Counted from the first letter of the stretch, positions 28,733 to 41,091 are shown. The stretch: DNA of 64,000 nt from Vicinamibacteria bacterium (GCA_963668695.2 CAXXLQ010000004.1:3648001-3712000), one strand, 5' to 3'. The notes: a model not told the origin generated them from the letters alone. Numbers and translations: made by a program.

Positions 28733-30238
28733 ATGCCCAAGAGCCCCGAAGCCCGCCAGCCGGATCCCTACCCCCCCTCCGTACCGCACGGATCTCTGCC
28801 CACCTCAGCCCGTTCGCACCCGGGCTCTATGGTGAGTGCCTCGGTGCCGGCGACAGCGCTCAGTCCAGGGATCCGGCGACCCACCGGGGTCAGGCAGCCC
28901 GGCCAACGCACGCTGTTCGGGGAGACCCGCCTCCCCTCACAATCTCGACCCGGATCGGGGTTTCTCGATCCGGCCTTCGCGTCCAACAAGACCCAGCCGG
29001 TACATCGCTGGGTTCCGTGGATCGCGGGATTCTCGAAACAGTTTGTAGCGGATGCGTTAGACCGCTTCCTACCTACCAAAGGCCGGGTGCTCGATCCGTT
29101 TTCCGGAGTCGGGACAACCCTGCTGGAGGCCGTTTTGGCCGGTCACGACGCCGTGGGCTTCGAGATCAACCCCTACGCCGCATTCGCTTGCCGGACAAAA
29201 CTAGAGGCCTTCACAGCCGACCCGAAGTGCCTCAGAGATCTGGCCAACCAGTTTGTGAGATTCCATGAGCGGAATCAGCATCGGACTCCAAAATCCACGC
29301 CTCCTGCCGGCTTCCGAACCCGGGAAGCGTTTTACAACCCCAAGATCCTCCACAAGGTCCTGTTATCTCTGGACTTCATTGAGGAGATCGCGGATTCACA
29401 GGCCCGGGATCTTTGCCGACTCGCCTTCGCCGCCACGATGGTCTCTTACTCGAACTACTCCTACGAGCCCAGCCTCGGACGGAAGGCGGCGGTCGGCAGA
29501 GTTGCGGCCACTGAATTCCCCGTCGATCAGGCCATCGCAAGCCGGCTTGTGGAAATGTCGGCCGACATCTGCTGGTTTCGTGAACGACAGGGGAATCGGC
29601 GCCCCCGAAGGCGCGTCGTGCTGGACTCGTTCTTCAGCGCCTATCGCCGAGTGTCCGAGGAGTCGGTGGACCTCGTCGTCACATCGCCCCCCTACCTGAA
29701 CAACTACCACTACAACCGCAATACGAGACCCCAGCTCTACTGGCTAGGACTGGTGGAGTCCACTCGAGAGCTGAAGGAAATCGAGCAGCGAAACTTCGGG
29801 AAATTCTGGCAGACCGTCCGCGAGCAGCCGAACGTGGAGCTTGATCCGGACATCACCGATCCAGAGATCATCGACACCCTTGAGGAATTGCGCTCCAAGA
29901 CTCCAGAGAAGGGCACGTACGGCGGGCGGGGTTGGGCCAACTACGCTACGACCTACTTCAACGACTGCCTGCGTTTCGCCCGCGGGGCCCACTGGTGCCT
30001 GAGGCCCGGAGCCTCAGCGCTCGTGGTTATCGGGAACAGCATTCTGCAGGGGGTCCCCATCCCCACGGATCAATTCCTGGCCCGTATCGCCGCAGTAGCG
30101 GGTCTCGAAACCGTCGACATCCACATTCCGCGCAACACGCGAGTCGGCAACAGCATCATCAACTCCGAGGTGCGGGTTGGAGCGGCCAACAAACGAAACC
30201 GGCTCTACGAAGCCGTCGTGGAGCTCAGAAAGCCGTGA
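28733..30238 (+). CDS. Amino-DNA methyltransferase, probably N4-cytosine, alpha class
   Basis: HRWVPWIAGFS, DPFSGVGTT (motif I) preceding TSPPY (motif IV); start uncertain (28607, 28733 or 28829). Confidence 0.85.
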   Translation: MPKSPEARQPDPYPPSVPHGSLPTSARSHPGSMVSASVPATALSPGIRRPTGVRQPGQRTLFGETRLPSQSRPGSGFLDPAFASNKTQPVHRWVPWIAGFSKQFVADALDRFLPTKGRVLDPFSGVGTTLLEAVLAGHDAVGFEINPYAAFACRTKLEAFTADPKCLRDLANQFVRFHERNQHRTPKSTPPAGFRTREAFYNPKILHKVLLSLDFIEEIADSQARDLCRLAFAATMVSYSNYSYEPSLGRKAAVGRVAATEFPVDQAIASRLVEMSADICWFRERQGNRRPRRRVVLDSFFSAYRRVSEESVDLVVTSPPYLNNYHYNRNTRPQLYWLGLVESTRELKEIEQRNFGKFWQTVREQPNVELDPDITDPEIIDTLEELRSKTPEKGTYGGRGWANYATTYFNDCLRFARGAHWCLRPGASALVVIGNSILQGVPIPTDQFLARIAAVAGLETVDIHIPRNTRVGNSIINSEVRVGAANKRNRLYEAVVELRKP

Positions 30239-30280
30239 CCGGCGCATTGTGTTGAGGCCCTGGAGGAGCCCATTTCCGGA

Positions 30281-31135
30281 ATGTCCAGCAAACCCAGCCC
30301 CGCCCTGGAACTAAAGGGTGCGCTTGCTAGACTGAGGAATGAAGTCTCATCCCTCGATGCCGCCAGCCGAGGGCAGATCAGCGACCCAGCTCGCCGCGCC
30401 GCGGAAAAGGAACTGGCCGGCGTCATCGCCCGCGCCGAGAAGCTTCAACGACGATTGGATCCGACTGCTCACCCAGCCTTCGTACTCGACCCGGGGAAGC
30501 CGACCGTTGTCGCCCGTCTGATCGCACTTGTTCTGCTGGCACAGCTTAGAGTCCCTCTAGCAGACACGCAGAAGTCTTACGGCTCTGGGATTTACGCGCT
30601 CTACTATCGTGGGCCCTTCGTGCATTACGCGCCGATCAGCGGATCCGAGACACCGATCTACGTCGGCAAAGCAGAACCGGAGAGGCCAACCGCTGAGACC
30701 CCGGCGAGTCAAGGCATCCGCTTGTCTCGACGCCTGCAGGACCATAAGGGAACCATTCAGGCCGTCGAGTCCGAAGGCACGCTGTTGCTCGCCGATTTCG
30801 AACAGCGATCCCTTGTAATTCAGAGCGGTTGGCAATCCGCAGCCGAGGAGTACCTCATCGGGCTCTTCGGCCCAATCTGGAACAAGGAAACCAAGATCTG
30901 TTATGGCTTCGGCAAGCACGGTGATGCCGCGGAGACGCGGGCCAACAAGCGTTCCCCGTGGGACACTCTTCATCCTGGGCGCCGTTGGGCACATCATGCC
31001 AAGCTCTCGGACGCGCACCCCCAACACGAGATCGTCGAGGGCCTCCGGCAACACTTCCACAATACTCGCGTTTATCAGAACCTAGCCGAGATCGTGGACA
31101 TCTTCATGGGCGACTTCCGACAGTTCAAGCCTTAA
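30281..31135 (+). CDS. Eco29kI-family GIY-YIG restriction endonuclease
   Basis: GIYALYY...PIYVGKA, RL..H, E.YLI..F.PIWN, GFGKH, SPWDTLHPGRRWA. Confidence 0.9.
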   Translation: MSSKPSPALELKGALARLRNEVSSLDAASRGQISDPARRAAEKELAGVIARAEKLQRRLDPTAHPAFVLDPGKPTVVARLIALVLLAQLRVPLADTQKSYGSGIYALYYRGPFVHYAPISGSETPIYVGKAEPERPTAETPASQGIRLSRRLQDHKGTIQAVESEGTLLLADFEQRSLVIQSGWQSAAEEYLIGLFGPIWNKETKICYGFGKHGDAAETRANKRSPWDTLHPGRRWAHHAKLSDAHPQHEIVEGLRQHFHNTRVYQNLAEIVDIFMGDFRQFKP

Positions 31136-31314
31136 CAGCCTGTGGCAAAACCCACGCGGCGTTCGCCCGGCGATGCATCCCCGCTGAACCACTCCGCTTC
31201 GCTCCGTTCTGCGTTGCGTTTCGGTCGCAATACACTCGGTATTCCTCCCTCACGCGCCTTGTCAGCCGGGCGCCTCACCAGGCTCGGCGCTCACGTGGGT
31301 TTCACCACAGGCTG
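31136..31314 (-). mobile_element. MITE copy E (exact TTAA duplication)
   Basis: TTAA at 31132-31135 (includes the REase stop) and 31315-31318; 179 bp; no micro-insertion. Confidence 0.93.
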
Positions 31315-31325
31315 TTAAGCGCAAA

Positions 31326-31668
31326 CGGCTGCGCCGCCCTCCATCACAGCCTGGAGGCCGGCCGCGCGGTGGCGGCCCCCTGCGAAACGGTGTGCGACGG
31401 GGCGGCGGTCCCCTACCTCACCGAGGAGCTCTACCCCGCCCTCGCGGGCCTCGTGGACCGGACCGTGCTGGTGCCGGACGAAGAGACCCTCGCCACCTCA
31501 CGGGACCTCCTTCTCAGCCAGAAAATCCTCACGGAACCCTCCGGCGCGCTGGCGACCGCCGGGGCCCGGATGGTGCCGGCCGGAGAGCGCGGTCTGAGCG
31601 TGGCCATCCTCACCGGCGCCAGCGTCGGCGCGGCGGGAATCCAGCGACTGCTGGATCTCTGAACGCCG
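31326..31668 (+). pseudogene. Duplicated 3' third of the dehydratase gene (right direct repeat)
   Basis: GCAALHHSLEAG...GIQRLLDL* with no start. Confidence 0.92.
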
Positions 31669-31698
31669 GCCCTCCCGGCCGAACCTCCAGACTCAAAC

Positions 31699-32088
31699 CT
31701 ACTGGGGAGACAGGACCAAAAAGCCGGCCGCGGCCGCCGCGGCGAGGAGTCGCTGGTCGTAGGCGCAAAAAGCATCGAGCCCCGCAAGCGAAAGCGCCGT
31801 CGCGAGATGAAGGGAGCCGAGGCTCCGCAATCCGACCGGCTCCGCGGTCGCCGCGGCTTCCAGGATCGGTTCGTCCATCGCGACCAGTCCGATCCGGTCC
31901 ATGAGTTCCTCGGCGTAGCGCACCGCGTCGGCGGTCGCGCCCGTCCGCCGGAGCGCCCTCAGGACTTCGACGCGCGCCAGCGCGCTCGACACCCATTCCG
32001 GATCGTCCGCCAACTCGCGGCGGAGCGCCGCCGATTCGGGCTCCGGGACCACCAGCTTGACGATCGCCGAAGCGTCCAGATAGACCAT
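31699..32088 (-). CDS. vapC: VapC/PIN toxin with a possible active-site substitution
   Basis: MVYLDASAIVK, ARVEV, YDQRL; LRSLGSLHLATA where the family usually has LRxLDAxHLATA. Confidence 0.85.
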   Translation of the reverse strand: MVYLDASAIVKLVVPEPESAALRRELADDPEWVSSALARVEVLRALRRTGATADAVRYAEELMDRIGLVAMDEPILEAAATAEPVGLRSLGSLHLATALSLAGLDAFCAYDQRLLAAAAAAGFLVLSPQ

Positions 32089-32110
32089 GGGTTGTGCTCG
32101 CTGGCGCGGC

Positions 32111-32404
32111 TCAGAGCCGGTCGGCGCGATCTCCGAGCAGGGCTTCACTGAGCGCGGTGGTCGGCTTGCCGACTGGCGCCGGAAGGTCAAGCGGGTTGCT
32201 CTGCGGAGGGCGCGCGCGGCCTTCGGCAACCAGCCGCTCCAGCGGCGAAAGGGAGCCGGGCAGCGGCAACAGCAGGGCCACCGGAGTCCCGCGGTCCGTC
32301 ACTTCGAAACGCTCCCCCCGGTCGATGCGACGCAAATAGACGCTCAGGTTCTGGCGAAGTTCGCGGACGCCGACCCTGGTCGTCGCCGCCGGGGGATCCG
32401 GCAT
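32111..32404 (-). CDS. Phd/YefM family antitoxin
   Basis: VGVRELRQNLSVYLRRI..GE.FEVTDRGTPVA. Confidence 0.92.
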   Translation of the reverse strand: MPDPPAATTRVGVRELRQNLSVYLRRIDRGERFEVTDRGTPVALLLPLPGSLSPLERLVAEGRARPPQSNPLDLPAPVGKPTTALSEALLGDRADRL

Positions 32405-32563
32405 TGACGCACAACGTAGCACACTTCTTGTCCAGCACGTTGCCCGGACTTCGGCGCGATGTCCGTGACGCGGGGTTTGGACGCTGCCGACTACGATTCC
32501 CGACGTAACAGGGCGGCACGCGACCCGGACGGCAATCGGGACAGTCCACCGCCAGGAGCACTC

Positions 32564-33376
32564 ATGGGTTTTTGGGGCACGCTAATCGGAGGCACGCTCG
32601 GGTGGACCTTCGGCGGGCCGCTCGGGGCGATGCTGGGCGCCGCGATCGGGTCGAACCTGTCGGGCGGGGCACGCACCGAGGCCTGGTCCGGCGGCCGGCC
32701 GGGCATGCCTCCGCCGGCGCCTCCGCACGCGGGCAGCGCCGAACAGCGCCGGGTGGCGTTCTTTGTCGCCACCTTCGGGGTGATGGGCCACATCGCCAAC
32801 GCGGACGGCCATGTGAGCGAGGAAGAAGCTCAACTCGCCCGCGACGTCATGACCGGACTCGGGCTCGATGCCCAGGACCGGAACCTCGCGGGCCGGCTCT
32901 TCAACGAAGGGAAGTCACCGCGCTTCGCGCTCGACGACGCCCTCGCGCAGCTCGTCCAGGTGGCCGGCCGGCGCCGGAACCTGCTCCGCGCCTTCGTGGA
33001 GATCCAGTTCAAGGCCGCTTGGGCCGACGGCAGCGTCCACCCTGAAGAACGCCGGATCCTGGACCACATCGGGGCGCTCCTCGGTTTCTCCCGCGCCGAG
33101 ATGGCGCAGATGGAACGGGTCGCGACGGCCGGCATGGCGCCCCGGCGAGCCAGCCCGGAGGAGAAGCTCAAGGAGGCTTACGGGGTGCTGGGCGCGGAGC
33201 GTTCCGCCGGCGACAACGAAATCCGCTCCACCTATCGCCGGCTCATGCGGCAGCATCATCCCGACCGCCTCGCGGCGCAGGGGCTCCCCGAGGAAATGAA
33301 GGGAGAAGCCACCCGGCGCACGCAGCAAATCCAGAAGGCCTACCAGACGATCCAGGAAGCGCGGCGCGCCGCCTGA
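32564..33376 (+). CDS. djlA: Co-chaperone DjlA
   Basis: N-terminal GG.LG..GGPLGA TM segment, TerB-like ADGHVS/ADGSVH, C-terminal J domain with HHPD and LPEEM. Confidence 0.92.
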   Translation: MGFWGTLIGGTLGWTFGGPLGAMLGAAIGSNLSGGARTEAWSGGRPGMPPPAPPHAGSAEQRRVAFFVATFGVMGHIANADGHVSEEEAQLARDVMTGLGLDAQDRNLAGRLFNEGKSPRFALDDALAQLVQVAGRRRNLLRAFVEIQFKAAWADGSVHPEERRILDHIGALLGFSRAEMAQMERVATAGMAPRRASPEEKLKEAYGVLGAERSAGDNEIRSTYRRLMRQHHPDRLAAQGLPEEMKGEATRRTQQIQKAYQTIQEARRAA

Positions 33377-33442
33377 GGGGGGTGGGAGCCGGCGTCCCGC
33401 CGTCCCCGACTGGGTCGGGGCAATAGGCGTGGATGAGGGCGT

Positions 33443-33510
33443 GAGTTTCGCGGCCTCCGGCCGCGATGCTGGCCAGTTCTCCCGGTGGGGGCCTGAAGAC
33501 CGGCGCTCCT
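33443..33510 (+). repeat. Extended REP with a 19-bp micro-insertion (near-identical to 41092-41159)
   Basis: GAGTTTCGCGGCCT(C/G)CGGCCGCGATGCTGG[CCAGTTCTCCCGGTGGGGG]CCTGAAGACCGGCGCTCCT. Confidence 0.88.
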
Positions 33511-33565
33511 GTTCCCCGGTGTACTTCAGGAAAAGACGGCGTACTACCGAGCGCGAAAAAAGAAC

Positions 33566-33800
33566 TGGCAGCGAACCTCCGGTTCGCTGCCCGCCTGACC
33601 GGGGGGAAAGTGTGAAAGGGGGGCTCGCCCCCCTTTCACAAAAAGGCAACCTTGAATCGGAACTCGCCGAAACGCGCGCCAGTGCGCGAGGGAGTTTCGA
33701 TTCCGGCGCGAAGCGCCGGGCGGTTCGGGAGCGGGGCGCCTCCTCTACCGAAGAACAGCGCCGCTCTGGTCGCGACGTCGGGGCGCCCCGCTCCCGGACC
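33566..33800. terminator. Cluster of strong hairpins between convergent djlA and hppA
   Basis: GGCAGCGAACC-TCC-GGTTCGCTGCC; TGTGAAAGGGGG...CCCCCTTTCACA followed by an A-run (a T-run on the minus strand, so a likely hppA terminator); CGGGAGCGGGGCGCC...GGCGCCCCGCTCCCG. Confidence 0.55.
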
Positions 33801-33802
33801 GC

Positions 33803-35845
<2,043 letters not shown>

Positions 35846-36369
35846 GGGCAGGATCTCCAGTTGGTGAAAGGGCCGGTTCCCAGCTTCTTGCCGGGTACCC
35901 GGGGCCCAGCCTGAGGCGGGCGCCGCGCGCGGGCGCTGCTCCAGAGCGTTACGGCCGGAGCGGTTGGCTTGCAGGACCGCCGGAAACAAGGCGGAAGGAC
36001 AGGCGAGAACTCCTCGCGACAAATCCTCGCGACGACTCCTCGCAACGGGGCCGGAAAGCCCCCTCCGAACCCGCTTTCCCACAGTGCCGGAAGGCCGCAA
36101 TTCTACCAAAGGGCACGACCCCAGGCCGCGCAGAACCGCCCAGCAAAATCTCGCGGCGCGAAGCGCCGCCGGGGAGGGGCGTGGGGAGGGGTGTCCCCTC
36201 TCCACAGAAAGCGATTGCGCATCGCGCAGCGATGCGCAATCGTCCCGCGGAGAAAGCGCCCCGTTAAAAACCGCAGCGGCTCCGCGGTCTCTATCGCCGG
36301 GACACACGAGGCCCTTTCTCCGCGGAGACTGGTAGACTCGCGCGCCGGCGCGCGGCCAGAACTCTCTCT

Positions 36370-37206
36370 TTGCAATTCCCTTGCGGTGTCCGGATCCCGA
36401 TCCGCAACCTCGCCGGTCCGCTGGCTATCAGCCTCCTGCTGGGCGTCTCCGCTTCCGCCGAAGAACTCCGCTATCCGGTTGACGTGGCGGTCGGGCCCGG
36501 AGGCGAGATTTACGTCGCCGATATCGAGGCCGCAGCCCTTCTCCGCTGGAGCGGCGCCGGGTTCGAGGTGGTTGCGCAAGGCGAAGGGCTGCCCAGGACT
36601 CCCCTCTTCGGAATCCGGCACATCGTTCCGGAGGGCGACGGAGCGGTCCTGGCCAGCGATCCCGCCACCATGGCGCTCTACCGGATCACCGTCGCCGGCG
36701 AGATCACGGCCATCGCCGACGACGCGGGATTCGTGACGCCCTGGGGGATCGCGGTCGATCCCTCCGGCGGCATCCTCGCGGTGGACCGCGTAACCCAGCG
36801 CCTCCGCCGGGTGGGAAGCGACTCCATCGAGGATCTCGCCACGATCCGGGCGCCACGGGCCATCCTCGCCGGAAGCGACGGCTCCCTGCACGTGCTCACC
36901 GATCGCAACGTGCTGCGCATGGAGGACGGCGACGCGCACCCGCTCGTGCAGTCGCCGCCGTTCGAATTCCCCCACGACTTCGTGCGGGCCCCCGACGGGG
37001 GATTCTTCGTGACCGACGGCTACGCCCGCTGCATCTGGAAGGTCAGTCCGGACGGGCGGGTCTCGGTACACGCCAAGGGCGAACCGCTCATAAGTCCCCA
37101 GGGCATCGCGCTGGACAAAAACGGCGATCTGCTGGTTGCCGATGCCCACGCGCGGACCATTTTTCGAATCTCCGGAGACGGGCAGATCCTCCCGCTGGGC
37201 GAGTAA
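36370..37206 (+). CDS. Secreted NHL-repeat beta-propeller protein
   Basis: Signal-like segment; [30 protein letters not shown] repeats; start uncertain. Confidence 0.8.
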   Translation: MQFPCGVRIPIRNLAGPLAISLLLGVSASAEELRYPVDVAVGPGGEIYVADIEAAALLRWSGAGFEVVAQGEGLPRTPLFGIRHIVPEGDGAVLASDPATMALYRITVAGEITAIADDAGFVTPWGIAVDPSGGILAVDRVTQRLRRVGSDSIEDLATIRAPRAILAGSDGSLHVLTDRNVLRMEDGDAHPLVQSPPFEFPHDFVRAPDGGFFVTDGYARCIWKVSPDGRVSVHAKGEPLISPQGIALDKNGDLLVADAHARTIFRISGDGQILPLGE

Positions 37207-37229
37207 CAACGAAGCAACTAACAGCGAAG

Positions 37230-37417
37230 CAACCTGTGAACAAAGTCACGCGGCGTTCGACCGGCGATGCATCCCGGCTGAATCGCGACGCTCTCAGTTC
37301 CGATTCGATCGGAATACACCGGGTATTCCTCCCGAATCGCGCCTTGTCAGCCGGGCGCCTCACCGCCAGTTCTCCCGGTGGGGGCCTCGGCGCTCACGTC
37401 ACTTTGTCCACCGGCTG
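37230..37417 (-). mobile_element. MITE copy F with 1 micro-insertion
   Basis: Ends CAACCTGTGAACAAAGTC / CACTTTGTCCACCGGCTG; micro-insertion at 37366-37384; a 15-bp tandem duplication (TAACARCGAAGCAAC) at its left edge. Confidence 0.88.
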
Positions 37418-37440
37418 CTACCGCCGGAAAGGAATGCAAC

Positions 37441-38796
37441 ATGTCTGACGAGCGCGGAAGCTGGGGTTCTCGCCCCGGTTTCATCCTGGCCGCCACCGGT
37501 TCCGCGGTGGGGCTGGGCAACATCTGGGGCTTTCCGACCCAGGTGGGTCAGGGCGGCGGCGCTGCCTTCGTTCTGATCTACCTGATTGCGGTCGTCTTCA
37601 TCTGCGCGCCGATTCTGCTCGGGGAGATCCTGATCGGCCGCTACGCTCAGTTAGGTCCGGCCGGGGCCGTTCGACGGATCTCGCCGAGCGGTCCCTGGTG
37701 GGTCATCGGGCTGCTGGCGGTCGCCGCCGGGACCTTCATCCTGTCGTTCTACGCGGTCATCGCCGGCTGGACCCTGCAGTACCTCTTGCTGGCGGTAAGG
37801 GATGGCCTCGCCTCCGACGCCAAAGGATCCGCGGCCCTCTTCACGGCGCTCGCCGCTGACTCGACCCGGAACGTCCTCTTCACCGGGCTGTTCCTCGCCC
37901 TCACCGCCTGGTGCGTGAACCGCGGCGTCCGCCGCGGCATCGAGGCGGCGTCGCGCTTGATGATGCCCCTGCTCTTCGTTCTGCTGGTGGTCCTCGCCAT
38001 CCGCGCGGTGACCCTGCCGGGGGCCGCCGAAGGACTCGCCTACTACCTGCGCCCCGACCTCTCCCAGGCGCTGAATCCCGAAATCATCGGAGCCGCGGTG
38101 GGCCAGGCGTTCTTCTCGCTGAGCCTCGGGATGGGAGCCCTCATCACCTACGGCAGCTACCTGCACCGCTCGCACCAGGTGCGGTCGGCTTCGATGGCCA
38201 TCGTCGCCATCGATACCTGCATCGCCCTGCTGGCCGGATTCATCATCTTCCCCGCCGGCTTTTCCATCGCCGGCTTCGACCCCACCGCCGGCGGGCCCGG
38301 ACTCATCTTCGCGGTCCTGCCCCAGCTCTTCGCGACCCTGCCGGGAGGGCTGCTGTTCGGGGCCGCGTTCTTCCTGCTCCTCTCGGTGGCCGCCTTCACC
38401 TCAACGATCTCGTTGCTCGAGGTACCGGTCGCACACGCTATCGACCAGTGGCGCTGGCCACGCCGCAAGGCCGTGCTGGCAGTCAGCGCCTTCACCTTCG
38501 CCTTTTCCATCCCCTCGGTGCTCTCTTTCAGCGGTTCGGGGTTCTTTTCGGATCTTCCCGCTGTCGGCGGCACCTTCTTCAACCTGATGGTGAGCGTGTG
38601 GAACGAAGGGGCGCTTCCGATCGGCGGGATGCTGATCAGCCTCTTCATCGGCTGGAAGTGGGGCTCCCGGTTCGCCGGTGACGAACTCCGGCGCGACGGT
38701 CCCGGATTCCCGAGCCCGGCGCTGTGGGGCTTTTTGATCCGCTTCGTCTCGCCGGCGGCCATCTTCCTGCTGATCGTCTTCCGCTTCGTCGGCTGA
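37441..38796 (+). CDS. NSS/SNF family sodium-dependent transporter
   Basis: GSAVGLGNIW.FP, GGGAAF, QAFFSLSLGMG, YGSY. Confidence 0.95.
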   Translation: MSDERGSWGSRPGFILAATGSAVGLGNIWGFPTQVGQGGGAAFVLIYLIAVVFICAPILLGEILIGRYAQLGPAGAVRRISPSGPWWVIGLLAVAAGTFILSFYAVIAGWTLQYLLLAVRDGLASDAKGSAALFTALAADSTRNVLFTGLFLALTAWCVNRGVRRGIEAASRLMMPLLFVLLVVLAIRAVTLPGAAEGLAYYLRPDLSQALNPEIIGAAVGQAFFSLSLGMGALITYGSYLHRSHQVRSASMAIVAIDTCIALLAGFIIFPAGFSIAGFDPTAGGPGLIFAVLPQLFATLPGGLLFGAAFFLLLSVAAFTSTISLLEVPVAHAIDQWRWPRRKAVLAVSAFTFAFSIPSVLSFSGSGFFSDLPAVGGTFFNLMVSVWNEGALPIGGMLISLFIGWKWGSRFAGDELRRDGPGFPSPALWGFLIRFVSPAAIFLLIVFRFVG

Positions 38797-38818
38797 CGTC
38801 TCTTACCAAGGAAACACC

Positions 38819-40207
38819 ATGAGCGAATTCATTGCCTGGGCGTCGAACGCCATCTACCAGTGGTACGCCCTGCCCCTCCTGTTGGTCGCCTGCGGGCTCT
38901 ACCTGACCATCCGGACCGGCTTCGTCCAGATCCGCGGATTCGGCGACGGACTCCGGCGGGTGGTCTCCGGGATGTCCCACGACCAGAAGGGCGCCGAAGG
39001 GGAGATCACCCCCTTCCAGGCGCTTTCGACCGCCCTGGCGTCCACGGTGGGGAACGGCAACATCGGCGGCGTCGCGACGGCCATCCTGATAGGGGGTCCG
39101 GGCGCCATCTTCTGGATGTGGATCACCGCGGTCTTCGGCATGGCCACCAAGTACGCCGAGGCCGTGCTCGGCGTCACCTACCGGGTGAGGAAGGAGTCCG
39201 GCGCCTTCGCGAGCGGCCCGATGTACTACATCGTGGCCGGCATCCGCCACGCCGGGATCGCCAAGGTGCTCGCGATCATGTTTTGCGTCTTCGGGGCGGC
39301 TACGGCACTCCTGGGCACGGGGAACATGGCCCAGTCGAACACCATCGTCCGGACGTTCGTGGAAGCGGCCTCCGGCTTCGGGTGGGAGGTCTCGCCCTGG
39401 GTTCCGGGGCTCATCATCACCGGAGCGGTGGGCGCCGTCCTGCTCGGGGGAATCCACCGGATCGCCTCGGTGGCCGAGAAGCTGGTTCCCGCAATGCTGG
39501 TCATCTACCTCGGCATGTCCCTCACCTACATGGCCATGAACATCACGGCATTGCCCGGGGTCTTCGCGTTGATCTTTGAACACGCCTTCTCACCGCACGC
39601 GGCGGCCGGCGGGTTCCTGGGCGTTACCGTCCGACAGGCAATCGCGGCCGGGATCAGCCGGGGCGTGCTCTCGAACGAGGCCGGACTCGGCAGCGCCCCG
39701 ATCGCCCACGGGATCGCGCAGGTGAAGCACCCCTCGGACCAGGGTCTCGTCGGAGTCTTCGAAGTCTTCATCGACACCATCGTGGTGTGCAGCATGACCG
39801 CGTTCGCGGTGCTTTCTTCGGGCATGTGGATGGACGCGGGGTACCAGAGCGCAAGTGGCGACCTCACGGCCGCCGCCTTCTCCGTGTCGATCCCGTTCGC
39901 CCCGGTGGTGATCGCGATCTCGTCGTTCCTGTTCGGCTTCTCGACGATCATCGGCTGGTACTACTACGGGGAGACCTGCTGGGAGTACATGTTCGGCCAG
40001 AAGGGCATCGTCCCCTACCGGGTGATCTACGTCGCGCTCCTCCTCGTCGGCGGCCTCGTCACGGTCGAGACGGTCTGGAACATCGGGACCCTGCTCAACG
40101 GGTTCATGGCCTTCCCCAACCTCATCGGGCTGCTGTTCCTCGGTGGCGTGGTCGCCAAGAAAACCAAGGAGTACTACAAAGCCGAGAAAAGCGGCAGATC
40201 GAGGTGA
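38819..40207 (+). CDS. Alanine/glycine:cation symporter (AGCS)
   Basis: STVGNGNIGGVA, GGPGAIFWMW, SNEAGLGSAP, FIDTIVVC. Confidence 0.95.
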   Translation: MSEFIAWASNAIYQWYALPLLLVACGLYLTIRTGFVQIRGFGDGLRRVVSGMSHDQKGAEGEITPFQALSTALASTVGNGNIGGVATAILIGGPGAIFWMWITAVFGMATKYAEAVLGVTYRVRKESGAFASGPMYYIVAGIRHAGIAKVLAIMFCVFGAATALLGTGNMAQSNTIVRTFVEAASGFGWEVSPWVPGLIITGAVGAVLLGGIHRIASVAEKLVPAMLVIYLGMSLTYMAMNITALPGVFALIFEHAFSPHAAAGGFLGVTVRQAIAAGISRGVLSNEAGLGSAPIAHGIAQVKHPSDQGLVGVFEVFIDTIVVCSMTAFAVLSSGMWMDAGYQSASGDLTAAAFSVSIPFAPVVIAISSFLFGFSTIIGWYYYGETCWEYMFGQKGIVPYRVIYVALLLVGGLVTVETVWNIGTLLNGFMAFPNLIGLLFLGGVVAKKTKEYYKAEKSGRSR

Positions 40208-40238
40208 CGCCGGCGGTCGCCCGTTCGCGCCGCGTTAA

Positions 40239-40413
40239 CAGCCGGTGGTGGAACCCGGGTGAGCGCCGAGAGCGGGGAGGCGCCCGGCTGACAAGGCGCG
40301 TGAGGGAGGAATACCGGGTGTATTTGGACCGAAACGCAACGCCGAGCGCCGCAAAGCGGCGCGGTTCAGCCGGGATGCATCGCCGCTTGAACGCCGCCTG
40401 GGTTTCACCACAG
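40239..40413 (+). mobile_element. MITE copy G, right end clipped
   Basis: TTAA then CAGCCGGTGGTGGAACCC...TTTCACCACAG; the last ~4 bp are replaced by a gene fragment. Confidence 0.9.
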
Positions 40414-41043
40414 ATCAGCCCGTCGTTCGGGGTCGCCCTCACGCAGACGCTCCAGATGCCCGGGATCTCGGGACTTCCGAACAACTGTCTGCTCCTGGAG
40501 TTCGATAGTCAGCGGCCCGAGGAAATCGGCGAAACCGTCGAGGGAGCCCGGATCGCGGTGGACACCGGGTTCAACGCCCTCATCCTGCGTTCCACGAGGC
40601 ACCGCTTCGGCTACCGCTCGTCCATCCATCTCTGGCTGACCGAGGACAACTTCGACAACGCGCCGCTGATGTTGCTGCTCGCCTACATCATCGTGGGACA
40701 CCCGGAATGGAAGCGGGCGGAAATCCAGCTCTTCGACTGCTCCGACCTCAGTTCCACCGAGCATCAGACCCACGACCTCTCGCGACTGCTCTCGCAAGAG
40801 CGCCTGCCCATCTCGGCGCAGAACCGGACGACGATCGGCTACCAGAACGGCGAGGAGCTCGAACGCGAGGTGGCGAGGAGGTCCTCGAGAGCCGACCTGG
40901 TGATCACCGGTATCCCGCCCGCAACCCTGCGAAGCGATGCGGCGGCGGCGGCGCTACGGCGCTACGAGTCCACCAACGACGTGCTCTTCGTCAGCGGGGT
41001 CGAGCGAATCTCCCTCGCCGACAGCGGAGCGCGCGGAAAGTAG
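40411..41043 (+). pseudogene. C-terminal fragment of an amino-acid permease/cation-chloride cotransporter-like protein
   Basis: QMPGISGLPNN..LLEF, IHLWL, NAPLMLLLAYIIVGHPEWK.AEI, RLPIS..N; no start and no TM domain. Confidence 0.7.
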
Positions 41044-41091
41044 GTCCGCCGTCCCCGGCTGGGTCCGGGAGGTGAGGGCGGGTGGGTACGG

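Noticed and set aside
35846-36307. N-terminal extension of hppA, or a tRNA/riboswitch in its leader
   Set aside because: Homology starts near 35845 with a ribosome-binding site; I could not recognise a cloverleaf or known riboswitch, only G/C hairpins and a TAGAAT-like -10.
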